The notes beneath the pieces are model-generated. The model made no database searches. It was not told the origin of the DNA and saw only the letters and a program-made list of their open reading frames with translations. Made by a program: the position numbers and the translations under genes. DNA of 64,000 bases, taken from positions 6,496-70,495 of the forward strand of contig JAFGCB010000014.1 in NCBI GenBank assembly GCA_016932855.1. Direction: 5' to 3'. The stretch comes from Candidatus Omnitrophota bacterium. Its GTDB lineage: Bacteria; Omnitrophota; Gorgyraeia; Duberdicusellales; Duberdicusellaceae. This document shows, one piece after another, positions 46,068-55,716 of this stretch (position 1 is the first letter of the stretch; every line of letters begins with the position of its first letter).

Positions 46068-48395
46068 TTAGTAGTGCACATCCTGTATATATTTTCTACG
46101 AGATCTTGAAAAAATATAGGTCCTATTGGGCTTTAAGGTCTGAACCGCGTCAAAAACCCCTATTTCTAAAGCTTTTTTAGCCTTCGATTTTATTTTAATC
46201 TTAACCTTATCGTTTGTAAGCTCTAATTGTATCAAATTCTGCCTCCAAATTAAAGAAAAAATCATCCCTTTCCAAATCCGGGGCATCTGAGGATTTATGT
46301 ATAATTTCTCCCGCTTAAGGCTTATGCCGGCGAAACCGAAAACAACTGTCTGCCAAGTTCCTCCCAGGTTTGCGGCATGAACCCCCTCAAAAGTATTGCC
46401 GCAGAGATTGCTTATATCTGTAAGTAGCGAAACAGTAAAAAAATTATAGGCTATCTGCAGATCATTTATCCTGCTGGCGATAAGAGCATGCATGGAAGCG
46501 CTCAAAGACGACTTATGCACGGTACGGGGCATGTAAAAATTATAATTTGCCAGCTTTGTCTTCTTATCAAAGACATCGTCAAGAAGACATAAAAGCATCA
46601 AAACATCGGCCTGTTTTACCAACTGGGTATTTTTTAGACCCCTTACTTTTATGTTTCGAGGAATTATGGGCATGCCGCTTTCGTCCGTCTCTTTCGGCAA
46701 AACCTCCCTTAACTTAAAATATCCGTCAAATTGCTCGATAACTCTATCTTTATTGATATTAATTGATATCCTTGCGGCAATCCTCTGCCATGAAGAGACT
46801 TCCCTCTGTGTTAAAGAAAGGTTTTTCTCCAGAATCCTGCAAAGCGAAAAATTCTTATTTTTAAGCTTAGAATGCATTTTATAAGCGGTAACCAGGTTCC
46901 ATTTAGCCATCATATTAGTAAAGGCGTTATTATTGACGCCGATATGGAACTCGTCAGGACCGATCACATTATTTATTTCGTAGCGCCTTTTCTTCTTATT
47001 AAACTCAACTCTCGAAGCCCAGAAGCGGGCGCTCTCAAACATGATCTCATACCCGCAATACTCCATAAACTTCTCGTCACCGGTAAATACGTAATACTTA
47101 TACACGGCATAGGCAACATCGCTGGTGATATGGTGCTCCATCTGGTGGGTATGAATCTTTATTACTGTGCCGTCTATATCTTTAGCCCAGGCAGGAGTCT
47201 CTTCCTCTCCGGTATAGGCCGACTCCCAGGGAATTTTGGCGCCCCGGTAACCTTCTTTTTTAGCCAGCTCCCTTGCTTTATTGATTCTACGGTATCTGTA
47301 AAGGAGTAAATTCTTTGCAACTTGAGGAAATATCGCCAGGTAGAAAGGCATAAGAAAAATCTCGGTATCCCAGAAAACATGGCCGCGGTATCCTTCGCCG
47401 CTTAAAGTCCGGGCCCCGACGCTCGAAAGACCGTAGTCATAATGCTGGCAGATAAGCATGTGGTAAATATTAAATCTTAAATTCGTCTGCACATCCTGTG
47501 TTGCCTCAACAAGAATATCGGCCCTTCTCCATAATTTCTCCCAGGCCTTTACGTGGTCATCAAGAAGGCTTATAAATTTCCCCCGGAATGCCTTAGAGAA
47601 TATCTTATATGTCTCATCCTTAAAGCAACCATGATCCCTATGAGGAGGAAATCTCTTTATGCAGAAAATTTTGGTAAATATTACAGTCTGATTCTTCTTT
47701 ATTTTCAGGCGGAAAACATTGTCTTGGGCGTAAATCTTCTTTTTCTTAATTTGGTAATAAAATCCACTCCAGTAAACTATAGGCTGTTTTTTCTCCAGAG
47801 TCTCTGCCACCAGGAATCCTGCTTTGTGAGCTTGACCCAATTCCTTAACCCGAAAATGCTTCTTTCTTCCCTCGCTTAAAACTCCGGCATTAAAGACAGA
47901 AGTGTCTATTCCGGTATTTATGTCCAGAACGCAGGAAGTATCAAGAGGAGTAAAAACTATCTGAAGAGCTCCGATATTCTTATTGTGCATGCTAACGAAG
48001 CGTAAAGACTGGTAATCGAAGCGTCTTTTTTTATTATCGCTGTATAAAGTCTGCCTTATAAGCAGGCCTTTCTTCATGTTGAGGACCCTGCGATGTTCTA
48101 GAGAATTCATTGCTATTAAATCGAATTTTTCGCCTTTGCATGTAAATTTAAAGTTAATCGGATTGGGAAGATTCACCAGCTCCGCGACCTGGGAAGCCAT
48201 TTTATCATATAGGCCGGCAATGTAGGTTCCCGGCTGGGCATCGTAAGGTATCTCTTCTAAGACTGCGCGGGTGCCCAAATAGCCGTTGCCTAGGGCAAAC
48301 TGGGATTCCCGTATATTCTGCAAGGGACGCACCCATTTACTTTCTCTTATAAGCCAAAGTTCATCTTTAAGATAGTCGGAATAAAAATCCTTCAT
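46068..48395 (-). CDS. Glycoside hydrolase family 65 phosphorylase (kojibiose/trehalose phosphorylase-like)
   Basis: LGNGYLGTR, ARTLSGEGYRGHVFWDTE, IGPDEFH, KQADV, HKSSLS. Confidence 0.92.
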   Translation of the reverse strand: MKDFYSDYLKDELWLIRESKWVRPLQNIRESQFALGNGYLGTRAVLEEIPYDAQPGTYIAGLYDKMASQVAELVNLPNPINFKFTCKGEKFDLIAMNSLEHRRVLNMKKGLLIRQTLYSDNKKRRFDYQSLRFVSMHNKNIGALQIVFTPLDTSCVLDINTGIDTSVFNAGVLSEGRKKHFRVKELGQAHKAGFLVAETLEKKQPIVYWSGFYYQIKKKKIYAQDNVFRLKIKKNQTVIFTKIFCIKRFPPHRDHGCFKDETYKIFSKAFRGKFISLLDDHVKAWEKLWRRADILVEATQDVQTNLRFNIYHMLICQHYDYGLSSVGARTLSGEGYRGHVFWDTEIFLMPFYLAIFPQVAKNLLLYRYRRINKARELAKKEGYRGAKIPWESAYTGEEETPAWAKDIDGTVIKIHTHQMEHHITSDVAYAVYKYYVFTGDEKFMEYCGYEIMFESARFWASRVEFNKKKRRYEINNVIGPDEFHIGVNNNAFTNMMAKWNLVTAYKMHSKLKNKNFSLCRILEKNLSLTQREVSSWQRIAARISININKDRVIEQFDGYFKLREVLPKETDESGMPIIPRNIKVRGLKNTQLVKQADVLMLLCLLDDVFDKKTKLANYNFYMPRTVHKSSLSASMHALIASRINDLQIAYNFFTVSLLTDISNLCGNTFEGVHAANLGGTWQTVVFGFAGISLKREKLYINPQMPRIWKGMIFSLIWRQNLIQLELTNDKVKIKIKSKAKKALEIGVFDAVQTLKPNRTYIFSRSRRKYIQDVHY

Positions 48396-49054
48396 AATAA
48401 ATCCTCTAGAATATCCAAGTTTACCCTGGATAAATCGCTTACCACTATATCAGCCTTATCCAGCCTCCAGGGATTCTGGTAACGGTCAATTCCTACGGTA
48501 AGAAAGCCGCCGCTTTTGCCTGCTTCAACTCCTAATACCGCGTCTTCAAAGACCACACACTGACCGGGCTTAAAACCCAGCTTCTTACAAGCTAAAAGAA
48601 AAATCTCGGGGTCGGGCTTGCCTTTTTCCACTTCACTGCCGCCGACAACCACATCAAACAAATTTGTGATACCTGCTTTTTCCAGTATGGAATAACAATT
48701 TTTGCTGGAAGATATCACACCCGCCTTAAGGGCTTGAGCCTTAAATCGTTTTATTAAATCTATTGCCTCTGGATACACATCCACACCGTATTCCTCTAAA
48801 AATTCCAGGAAATAATTGTGTTTTCGCAAGGAAGCTTGCTTAAGTTCTTCCTCGGTTAAATTATTTAATATGGCCCGGGCTCCGTCTATTCCCGGGATAC
48901 CATCTACTTTGGCTTTATAATCCTGGAAATTGAAACTTTTACCATATTCGGAAAACATTCTCTGCCAGGCTTGGAAATGAAGTTTTACCGTATCTACGAT
49001 GACCCCGTCTAAATCAAATATAGCCGCCTTAAGCCTTCTTTCTTTCTTCTCCAT
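48392..49054 (-). CDS. beta-phosphoglucomutase-family HAD hydrolase
   Basis: FDLDGVIVDT, SSSKN, KGKPDPEIF, FEDA..GV. Confidence 0.88.
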   Translation of the reverse strand: MEKKERRLKAAIFDLDGVIVDTVKLHFQAWQRMFSEYGKSFNFQDYKAKVDGIPGIDGARAILNNLTEEELKQASLRKHNYFLEFLEEYGVDVYPEAIDLIKRFKAQALKAGVISSSKNCYSILEKAGITNLFDVVVGGSEVEKGKPDPEIFLLACKKLGFKPGQCVVFEDAVLGVEAGKSGGFLTVGIDRYQNPWRLDKADIVVSDLSRVNLDILEDLL

Positions 49055-49676
49055 AGGTGTAGTTTACTATCTTGCTCTTACTTAAATCCAGGTTCGGCAC
49101 TATTATAATGGACTTATCTTCAGCTAAAAACCTGGACCGGCGCACGCCGATGCTTAAAACCTCCACAATTTCACCGGTAGGGATTTTAATCTTATCTTTT
49201 ACTGTAAAGGGCTTATCGATCATAATAAGAAACCCGGCAATTATATTGGCGATAGTATCCTGGGCAGCCAGAGCAATAGCCAGTGAACTTACGCCTAAAG
49301 CAGTTATAAGCGCGCTTATATTGACTCCGTAGAAGGGAAGAATCACAAGAAAAGCTACAACCCAGATAATAAGCTTAAGTGTCCTGCGGGCGATAGGTAT
49401 CAACTCATCATCAAGCGTGGTTGTGGTCTTTACAGCTATATTATCTCTATACCACTCCAGCATAGCTGACACAATCCTGTGAATAATAAAGGCCGCGCAG
49501 ATAATAAAAGCGGTAGCAATGTATTTTTTAAGAGACGCCTTAAGAGCCTCTGAGATTAAAGGATATATCCTTGTTCTGTAAATGACGTAGTTTGCGATAA
49601 ACAAAACCAGAACAATCAAAGGCAGTATTGACTTCTTTATTATTTCCCAGGAAATCTTCTTAGAAATTCTGCTCAT
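49029..49676 (-). CDS. Small-conductance mechanosensitive channel (MscS family, short)
   Basis: ALGVSSLAIALAAQDTIANIIAG..DKPFTVKDKI..IGVRRS..IVPN. Confidence 0.88.
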   Translation of the reverse strand: MSRISKKISWEIIKKSILPLIVLVLFIANYVIYRTRIYPLISEALKASLKKYIATAFIICAAFIIHRIVSAMLEWYRDNIAVKTTTTLDDELIPIARRTLKLIIWVVAFLVILPFYGVNISALITALGVSSLAIALAAQDTIANIIAGFLIMIDKPFTVKDKIKIPTGEIVEVLSIGVRRSRFLAEDKSIIIVPNLDLSKSKIVNYTYGEERKKA

Positions 49677-49819
49677 GTTACCTTCTTCTTTTGAACGGCC
49701 AAAAAAAGCAGCTAAATCAAACCTGCCTTAGAAAGCCTGTTAATCATATATTATATAGAAAAATAGAGGTTTTTAAAGGATTTTGTTAGGCCGCAAGCAG
49801 AGACAGAAAATAAGGTTTT

Positions 49820-50473
49820 TTAGCGGTGTCTTTCTACCTTCTTCCGGGGACAAAGCTTCTTAGCCCTGCATTTACCGCAAAAAGGCGAAACAGGTAAGCA
49901 GATATTCTGACCGAAAGCCACGAAAACTGTATTAAGTCTTATCCAATATTTTTCAGGCATTATCTTCATTAATTCCTGCTCGGTCTCCAAAGGCTTCTTG
50001 GTAGCTACCCAGCCAAGCCTGTTGGATATCCGGTGCACATGGGTATCAACGCATATAGAAGAAACCCCGTAGCTTAAGCCTAAAACCAGATTAGCGGTTT
50101 TTCTTCCCACTCCTTTAAGCCCAAGCAATTTTTCTAAACTGGAAGGAACTTTGCCTTTGTATGTATCAATGATGTCTTTGCTTAAACTCAAGATAACCTT
50201 TGCTTTGTTGCGGTAAAAGCCTACCGGATAGATTAGCCTGGCTATATCCCTGCCGGAAAGCTTTAGCATCTGGCCGGGATTAGATACTTTTGCAAAAAGC
50301 CTTCCCGAAGCCTCGGCTGTTGTCTTATCTTTAGTCCTTAAACTTAAGATGCAGGAAATCAGGACCTTGTATGGATCTTTGTCTTTATCGGATACTTTGG
50401 TAACCCAAGGAACATTTAACCCCTTGACCTGCCTTTCGATTAACTTGAATATTCTAACGTATTTATTATTCAA
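49820..50473 (-). CDS. nth: Endonuclease III
   Basis: LISCILS, HhH LKGVGRKTAN, VDTHVHRI, 4Fe-4S CLPVSPFCGKC..LC. Confidence 0.93.
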   Translation of the reverse strand: MNNKYVRIFKLIERQVKGLNVPWVTKVSDKDKDPYKVLISCILSLRTKDKTTAEASGRLFAKVSNPGQMLKLSGRDIARLIYPVGFYRNKAKVILSLSKDIIDTYKGKVPSSLEKLLGLKGVGRKTANLVLGLSYGVSSICVDTHVHRISNRLGWVATKKPLETEQELMKIMPEKYWIRLNTVFVAFGQNICLPVSPFCGKCRAKKLCPRKKVERHR

Positions 50474-50490
50474 AATATTCCTTCGTTATC

Positions 50491-50579
50491 CGGTTACGTA
50501 GCGTCTGGAAAAATATATTAGGCAATCTTTTATTTAGCCTTTCAACGCTTGCCGATTAACTTTTCCAGCTACGCAACCG
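50491..50579. repeat. Intergenic inverted repeat (MITE/REP-like)
   Basis: cggttacgtagcgtctggaaaa ... ttttccagctacgcaaccg. Confidence 0.6.
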
Positions 50580-50648
50580 ATTGACGATTAGCCAGCATCC
50601 CCAATTGCTAATTTTTCATTGATAATTTCAAATTGAATATCGCGGAGA

Positions 50649-51578
50649 CTAAAATTTATTTTTAAGGTAGTCTCGAACTGATATAGCAGCGATTGTGCCT
50701 TCGGCGCAGGCTGTGTCTATCTGGCGGACTTCCTTGGAGCGGATATCTCCGGCCGCAAACACGCCCTCAAGAGAGGTCTTCATGCGCTCATCTGTAACAA
50801 TATAACCGTGTTGGTCCAACTCGATTAGGCCTTTTACGAAATCAGAATTAGGCAGATACCCCGCATATATAAATACCCCCTGAACAGGTATATCTTTTTC
50901 CTTATCAGTCGCTCTGTCTTTTATAATAACAGCCTCGACAATATCTTTTCCCTTTATGACGGTAAGCTTATGATTTAAGAAAAACTTTGCTTTTTCATTC
51001 TTTTGAATTCTTTCCTGCAAAATCTTTTGAGCGGTCATATAGGGCAAAAATTCAATGAAAGTAACGCTTTTGGTATATTTCAAAAGAGCCTCGCCCTCCT
51101 GAAGTCCTGAATTTCCGCATCCGATAACAGAAACGTCCTTGCCTTTAAATAAGGGGCCGTCGCAGGTGGCACAATAGGAAACCCCCTTACCCTTAAAAAC
51201 ATCTTCCCCGGGAATATCAAGCCTTTTGGGAACGCTGCCTGAAGCTACTATCACTGCCCAGGCCTTAAAAACCTCTTGATCGGTCTTTAAAACAAATTCT
51301 TTGTTATTTAAAGAGAGGTTGTTTACTTCCTTAAACTCGGTTATCTCAGCCCCGAAACGGCCTGCCTGCTCCTTGAATCTATCCATAAGCTCCATGCCGC
51401 TTATTCCTTCGGCAAACCCGGGATAATTCTCAACCAAATCAGTGGAAGCCGCAAGACCTCCAGTAAGGTTTTTTTCTAAGACAAGAGTCTTGATTGACTC
51501 CCTGGAAGTATAAATAGCCGCGGTGAGTCCGGCGGCGCCGCCGCCGATAATAATCACATCGTAAATTTTAGTCTCCAT
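50649..51578 (-). CDS. trxB: Thioredoxin-disulfide reductase
   Basis: IIGGGAAG, VENYPG, GVSYCATCDG, GVFAAGD. Confidence 0.93.
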   Translation of the reverse strand: METKIYDVIIIGGGAAGLTAAIYTSRESIKTLVLEKNLTGGLAASTDLVENYPGFAEGISGMELMDRFKEQAGRFGAEITEFKEVNNLSLNNKEFVLKTDQEVFKAWAVIVASGSVPKRLDIPGEDVFKGKGVSYCATCDGPLFKGKDVSVIGCGNSGLQEGEALLKYTKSVTFIEFLPYMTAQKILQERIQKNEKAKFFLNHKLTVIKGKDIVEAVIIKDRATDKEKDIPVQGVFIYAGYLPNSDFVKGLIELDQHGYIVTDERMKTSLEGVFAAGDIRSKEVRQIDTACAEGTIAAISVRDYLKNKF

Positions 51579-51630
51579 AACGATATCTCATTATACTACC
51601 AGCAAATAATCTGGTTAATCGCCAATTCTT

Positions 51631-51769
51631 TAATGACCAATGACTAATGAAATCCCAAATCCCAATACTACCAAATCCCAAATAAATCCCAAATCCAAAA
51701 TCCAAATATTGGGATTTGGAAATTAGGATTTGTTTGGTAGTATTGGTAGTATTTGACATTGGGATTTGA
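51631..51769. repeat. Low-complexity imperfect palindromic tandem-repeat tract (AAATCCC/GGGATTT, AATGACC)
   Basis: taatgaccaatgactaatg aaatcccaaatccc.. mirrored by gggatttggaaattaggatttg.. Confidence 0.7.
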
Positions 51770-51867
51770 TTTTTTTATTCGCAATTCGGACTTGGTCATC
51801 AGACATTAAAATGCATATATATTTTGAAATATGAAATTCGTTTATAGTTTGGTGTCTTTAGTCTGAT

Positions 51868-52260
51868 TTAGGACGGCTGGTCTTTGTCAATTTCTTTCTG
51901 CTGTAAATCAGTCAGGAATTCATCCAGATACTTCTCCGCTGCTTCCATGGTTGAGAAATAATTATCGGGCAAAACTTGCACTGCCTCAAAAACCTTCTTT
52001 ATCTGAGGCTGAAGGTTTATTATAGCTAAGGTGCCTTCGTACTCGGCAAGGGCCATCTTGGTTTTAAATATGACGCTTAAGCCCATGCTGCTTATATAGG
52101 TTACACCCTGCATATCAAACATAATTGCCTTTGTTGTTTTAACTAGAATAGGCTTAAGCTGCTCTTCTAAAATAGTATAGGTCTCTGTATCAATAGAGCC
52201 GACAGGCGCAACGGTAAATACCCCTTCTTCCTTCTTGGTCAATGTGACTTTAAGTGGCAT
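51868..52260 (-). CDS. STAS-domain anti-sigma-factor antagonist
   Basis: VGSIDT, FDMQGVTYISSMGL, QIKKVFE. Confidence 0.85.
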   Translation of the reverse strand: MPLKVTLTKKEEGVFTVAPVGSIDTETYTILEEQLKPILVKTTKAIMFDMQGVTYISSMGLSVIFKTKMALAEYEGTLAIINLQPQIKKVFEAVQVLPDNYFSTMEAAEKYLDEFLTDLQQKEIDKDQPS

Positions 52261-52334
52261 ATTACGACCTCCGGTCTTAGTATTTTATCTCTTTATGAAA
52301 TTTATTCAAGGGAATTGATTTCCGGCTTCCCGGG

Positions 52335-52727
52335 CTACCGGGGATTAATAATCTCCCAGTATTCAAGCTCGCCGTTAGGATTGAAAAACAGATAGATTTT
52401 CTCGCCTTCAAACCAATCACTCTGGCCTTCTTTATATACCCACTTGTCGCCGTATTCCTTAGAAAAGACTATTACCGGCTTACCGAATAACTTTAAGGCC
52501 CTTTCTTTGGAAATGCCTTTTTCTATCGTATTATCCTCTATGTGTTTTTTGACTCTTAAGAAATTTACGGTTTCCTCATGTAAGGCTCTTTCTTTTAATT
52601 TGTCGCTTTTACCCACCTGCATCAAAGTATTAAGTCCGCTTAATTTTGCGCATCCGCTGAAATAGATAAGGGCTGCCCCGCATAAAACACTGACCTGGAT
52701 TATCCTAAGGGAATTTCTTTTCTTCAT
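52335..52727 (-). CDS. Lipoprotein with SmpA/OmlA(BamE)-like domain
   Basis: Lipobox FSGC; GISKERALKLFGKP..KWVY..YLFFNPNG. Confidence 0.6.
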   Translation of the reverse strand: MKKRNSLRIIQVSVLCGAALIYFSGCAKLSGLNTLMQVGKSDKLKERALHEETVNFLRVKKHIEDNTIEKGISKERALKLFGKPVIVFSKEYGDKWVYKEGQSDWFEGEKIYLFFNPNGELEYWEIINPR

Positions 52728-52774
52728 GTCTATTTACTTAAGATTATAGCAAATTATCGCCATTGAACCCAGCC

Positions 52775-54739
52775 TTAATTAACGCTGTCGCCGGCGGGCT
52801 TTTCCGCGCCCACTTCAAGTAAAATAAGCGTTATGTCATCATGCTGGCTAAGGCCTTTGGAAAACTGAAAAAGCTTATCCTTAATAATATTTAAAATAAC
52901 CTCTGCGCAAGACCCCCTATTCTCAAACAAAAGCCTCTTGGCCGGCTCAAGCTCAAACTCCGCTCCTTTCTTGTCCCGGGCTTCGGTCAATCCGTCGGTA
53001 TAGAGAAGAAACTTATCCTTATCATTCAGGACCCTTTCAAAAGAGCTGTACTCCAATGATCCCACTACGCCTAAAGGAGGGCCTGAATCCGGCAAAAACT
53101 CAATAACCTCATCAGCCTTGGAATCATAAAAGGCAATAGGAGAATGCCCGGCGCAGGAAGCAGTCATCAGATGACTGTCCATATCTATAATCAGGTAAAG
53201 GGCGGTAACAAACCTGCCTTTAAGAACCCTTGAAAGCTCGGTGTTTAGTTTAGTTAAGACTTCAGCCGGATTATCCAGGTTAGTTGCGAAGACCCGGAAC
53301 AAGGATACTGTTTGGGCCATAATCAAAGAGGCGGGAACGCCCTTGCCGGATACATCACCGATGAAAACTCCCATTTTATTTTCTGACAGAGGCACGACAT
53401 CGTAAAGGTCTCCGGCAACGAATTTAGCCGGCTTAAAAAAACAAGCCAGGTTAAGCCCGGGACATTCTTTTATCTTTTGGGGGAGAAAACTATCCTGGAT
53501 TTTATGGGCGATCTCCAGCTCCTTTTCTATAAGCTCTCTTTTTCTTATCTCCTTAATCACTCTATAAAGGGTCGAACCGGCGTAGGTAAAAACAATAATA
53601 AATAAGGGAAAGAATAAGTCTGTCCATAACCCGCAGAAAATAAAGGCGCTAAAAGATAAAATAAAATAACCTAAGCCCAGCCCCAGGCTTCCTAAAAAAG
53701 ACTTCAGAGGAATAAACTTAAGACAAATAAACAGACATAAAATAAAAATACTAATATTTATAAGAGTATTTAGAAAATCAGGGGCTTCTCTTATAAATTT
53801 CTGGGTAAGAATGCTGTTTAATACGCTTGCCTGAAGGCCGACCATAGGATAGATATTATCCAAAGGCGTGGGCTTAAAATCCGATGTCCCGGAAGCGGTA
53901 AGACCTATAATGCAGATTGCATCTTTAATCTCGGACAAGTCTATGGCGGGTCTTAGGCCCTGCTGGACATCGGTATAAGCTTGAAGAATCGAAAGAAAAG
54001 ATAAATGCTTAAAAGACTTCTCCCAGACATCAGGATAATTCACCAGAAGAGATGCGTTAGAAGATACGGGAAGAGAAAGCTTTTTGTCGATAGTAAGGAT
54101 TCCTTTCTTGAACTCTGCATTATTACTATTCAACCCTAAAAAATCACAAGCTACCTTCAAAGCCAGATGCGGCACTAATCCATCTTTGTATTTTATAAAT
54201 AGGGGGACTTTCCTTCGCTTTCCGTCGGAATCAGGAGGAGAATTTATATGACCCATGCCCTTAGCATAATCAGAAAAATCTTTAAAAACCCCGGCGTCAA
54301 TACTCGCGGCTTCCAAAGGCTTATATCCTCCTGTCTTTGCTCTATTAATCCCGAAAGCTAAAGGAAGATAGACGTTTTCCGCCTTTTGTATAGACCGAGA
54401 AAGATACTCATCATGCAGACTAAGGGCGCCCCGGTCACTGAAAATAATGTCAAAGACTATGCTCTTTGCCTTATATTCCTTTAAAACATCTACCAGGGCT
54501 GCGTGGAATTCACGGGGGATAGGCCAAGTGCCTAATCTTTTCAAGGCATCATCGGATATTTCAATAAGAACTATTTTTGGCGAGACTTTTTGAGACGGCC
54601 GCAGCCTAAACCTTAAATCATAAAAGAGAAGCTCGTAATTATCAAAGGCTCTAAAATAAGAAACACTGAAAATAACTAAAAAACTTATAATAATTATCCA
54701 TGATCCCAAAGAAATATTCTTCAGAGATTTCATCGGCAA
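52775..54739 (-). CDS. CHASE2 sensor + SpoIIE/PP2C serine phosphatase (RsbU-like)
   Basis: YDLRFRLR..IVLIEI..WPIPR..DSDGKRR (CHASE2); ELEIAHKIQ, AGDLYD, GDVSGKG, YTDGLTE, DDIT. Confidence 0.9.
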   Translation of the reverse strand: MPMKSLKNISLGSWIIIISFLVIFSVSYFRAFDNYELLFYDLRFRLRPSQKVSPKIVLIEISDDALKRLGTWPIPREFHAALVDVLKEYKAKSIVFDIIFSDRGALSLHDEYLSRSIQKAENVYLPLAFGINRAKTGGYKPLEAASIDAGVFKDFSDYAKGMGHINSPPDSDGKRRKVPLFIKYKDGLVPHLALKVACDFLGLNSNNAEFKKGILTIDKKLSLPVSSNASLLVNYPDVWEKSFKHLSFLSILQAYTDVQQGLRPAIDLSEIKDAICIIGLTASGTSDFKPTPLDNIYPMVGLQASVLNSILTQKFIREAPDFLNTLINISIFILCLFICLKFIPLKSFLGSLGLGLGYFILSFSAFIFCGLWTDLFFPLFIIVFTYAGSTLYRVIKEIRKRELIEKELEIAHKIQDSFLPQKIKECPGLNLACFFKPAKFVAGDLYDVVPLSENKMGVFIGDVSGKGVPASLIMAQTVSLFRVFATNLDNPAEVLTKLNTELSRVLKGRFVTALYLIIDMDSHLMTASCAGHSPIAFYDSKADEVIEFLPDSGPPLGVVGSLEYSSFERVLNDKDKFLLYTDGLTEARDKKGAEFELEPAKRLLFENRGSCAEVILNIIKDKLFQFSKGLSQHDDITLILLEVGAEKPAGDSVN

Positions 54740-54800
54740 AAGGCAAGTGTTTCACAAAGAATAAATGAGTCCGGAATCGGCCTTAAGGCCGGGGTTTTGT

Positions 54801-55457
54801 TTATTTTTTTTCTTTTCCTTTATGCAGAATTTTCCAGGGATGCAGCTTTATATCTTGGCTGAACTCCTCGAAATTTCCGGTCGTGGCCTCCAAATTCTCG
54901 ATAATCGCTGTTATCCTGTCCTGATTGGCCTCCACGGTATAATTAAGGTTCTTGGCCAGCTTCTTGACCTCGTCGGTTAAGCTGTTCACGTTTACTATAA
55001 GAGAATCCAGGTTTTCGGATATACCTTCGGCTTCCTCCATCAAAACATCCAAATCCATAGAGGATGTTCCTTCAAGAAGCGACCCGGGTTTTATGAAGGC
55101 TTCTCCTTTACTGGAGGCGATTTGGATGAACTTTTCTCCCATAAGCCCCAGGGTTTTTATGGTAATTTTGGGATCCGCCCAGATTTTTATGCCTTTATTG
55201 ATTAATAATTTTAATTTTACCTGGGTTTGGCCTTCGTTATATGAAACATCTATCTGCTGAACTCTGCCTACTTCAAGGCCGTTTACCATTACCGGAGAAT
55301 TTTTTTGAATACCAGAGACGTCGTCAAAGACAACGTATACATTGTAGCCTTCGTCCCGGACGTGCAGCTTTCCGGTGCTAAGAATCAAATACAAGAAACC
55401 CGCCACGCAGGCAAAAAAGAAAATCCCCACCTTAACCTCATTGCTAAATTTTTTCAT
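54801..55457 (-). CDS. mlaD: MCE/MlaD family protein
   Basis: Probable start MKKFSNEVKVG (SD AAGGAG); FDDVSGI..VNGLEVGRV..LGLMGEKFI; helical tail. Confidence 0.88.
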   Translation of the reverse strand: MKKFSNEVKVGIFFFACVAGFLYLILSTGKLHVRDEGYNVYVVFDDVSGIQKNSPVMVNGLEVGRVQQIDVSYNEGQTQVKLKLLINKGIKIWADPKITIKTLGLMGEKFIQIASSKGEAFIKPGSLLEGTSSMDLDVLMEEAEGISENLDSLIVNVNSLTDEVKKLAKNLNYTVEANQDRITAIIENLEATTGNFEEFSQDIKLHPWKILHKGKEKK

Positions 55458-55480
55458 GCGACTCTCCTTTAACGACGACA

Positions 55481-55711
55481 CAATTTATGGAGCCCCGAAT
55501 CTTAGGAACGACATAAATTGTACGTCGGAGTTCCCCGCCTCATTAATAATATTATTCTTAAGCGGGGTCCCGCTAAATATTAGAAAATATTTGGGAGCGG
55601 GAAAACCCAACACCTTTATTTTATTCCTGTAAACACCCCAGGGGTATAGGGGTGAAATTCGGCCAACCTGCTTGCGTTAGGCAACTTCGCTGCCTAACGT
55701 AAGCGCAGGCC
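55481..55711. repeat. Composite palindromic intergenic element between mlaF and mlaD
   Basis: Stacked hairpins, including ttccccgcctcattaa..agcggggtcccgc (homologous to 57698-57740) and cctgcttgcgttaggca..tgcctaacgtaagcgcagg. Confidence 0.7.
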
Positions 55712-55716
55712 TCATT

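Noticed and set aside
51568-51759. 63-aa ORF (MSNTTNTTKQ...FGFGIYLGFGSIGIWDF)
   Set aside because: Translation of a low-complexity tandem-repeat tract; most likely spurious.
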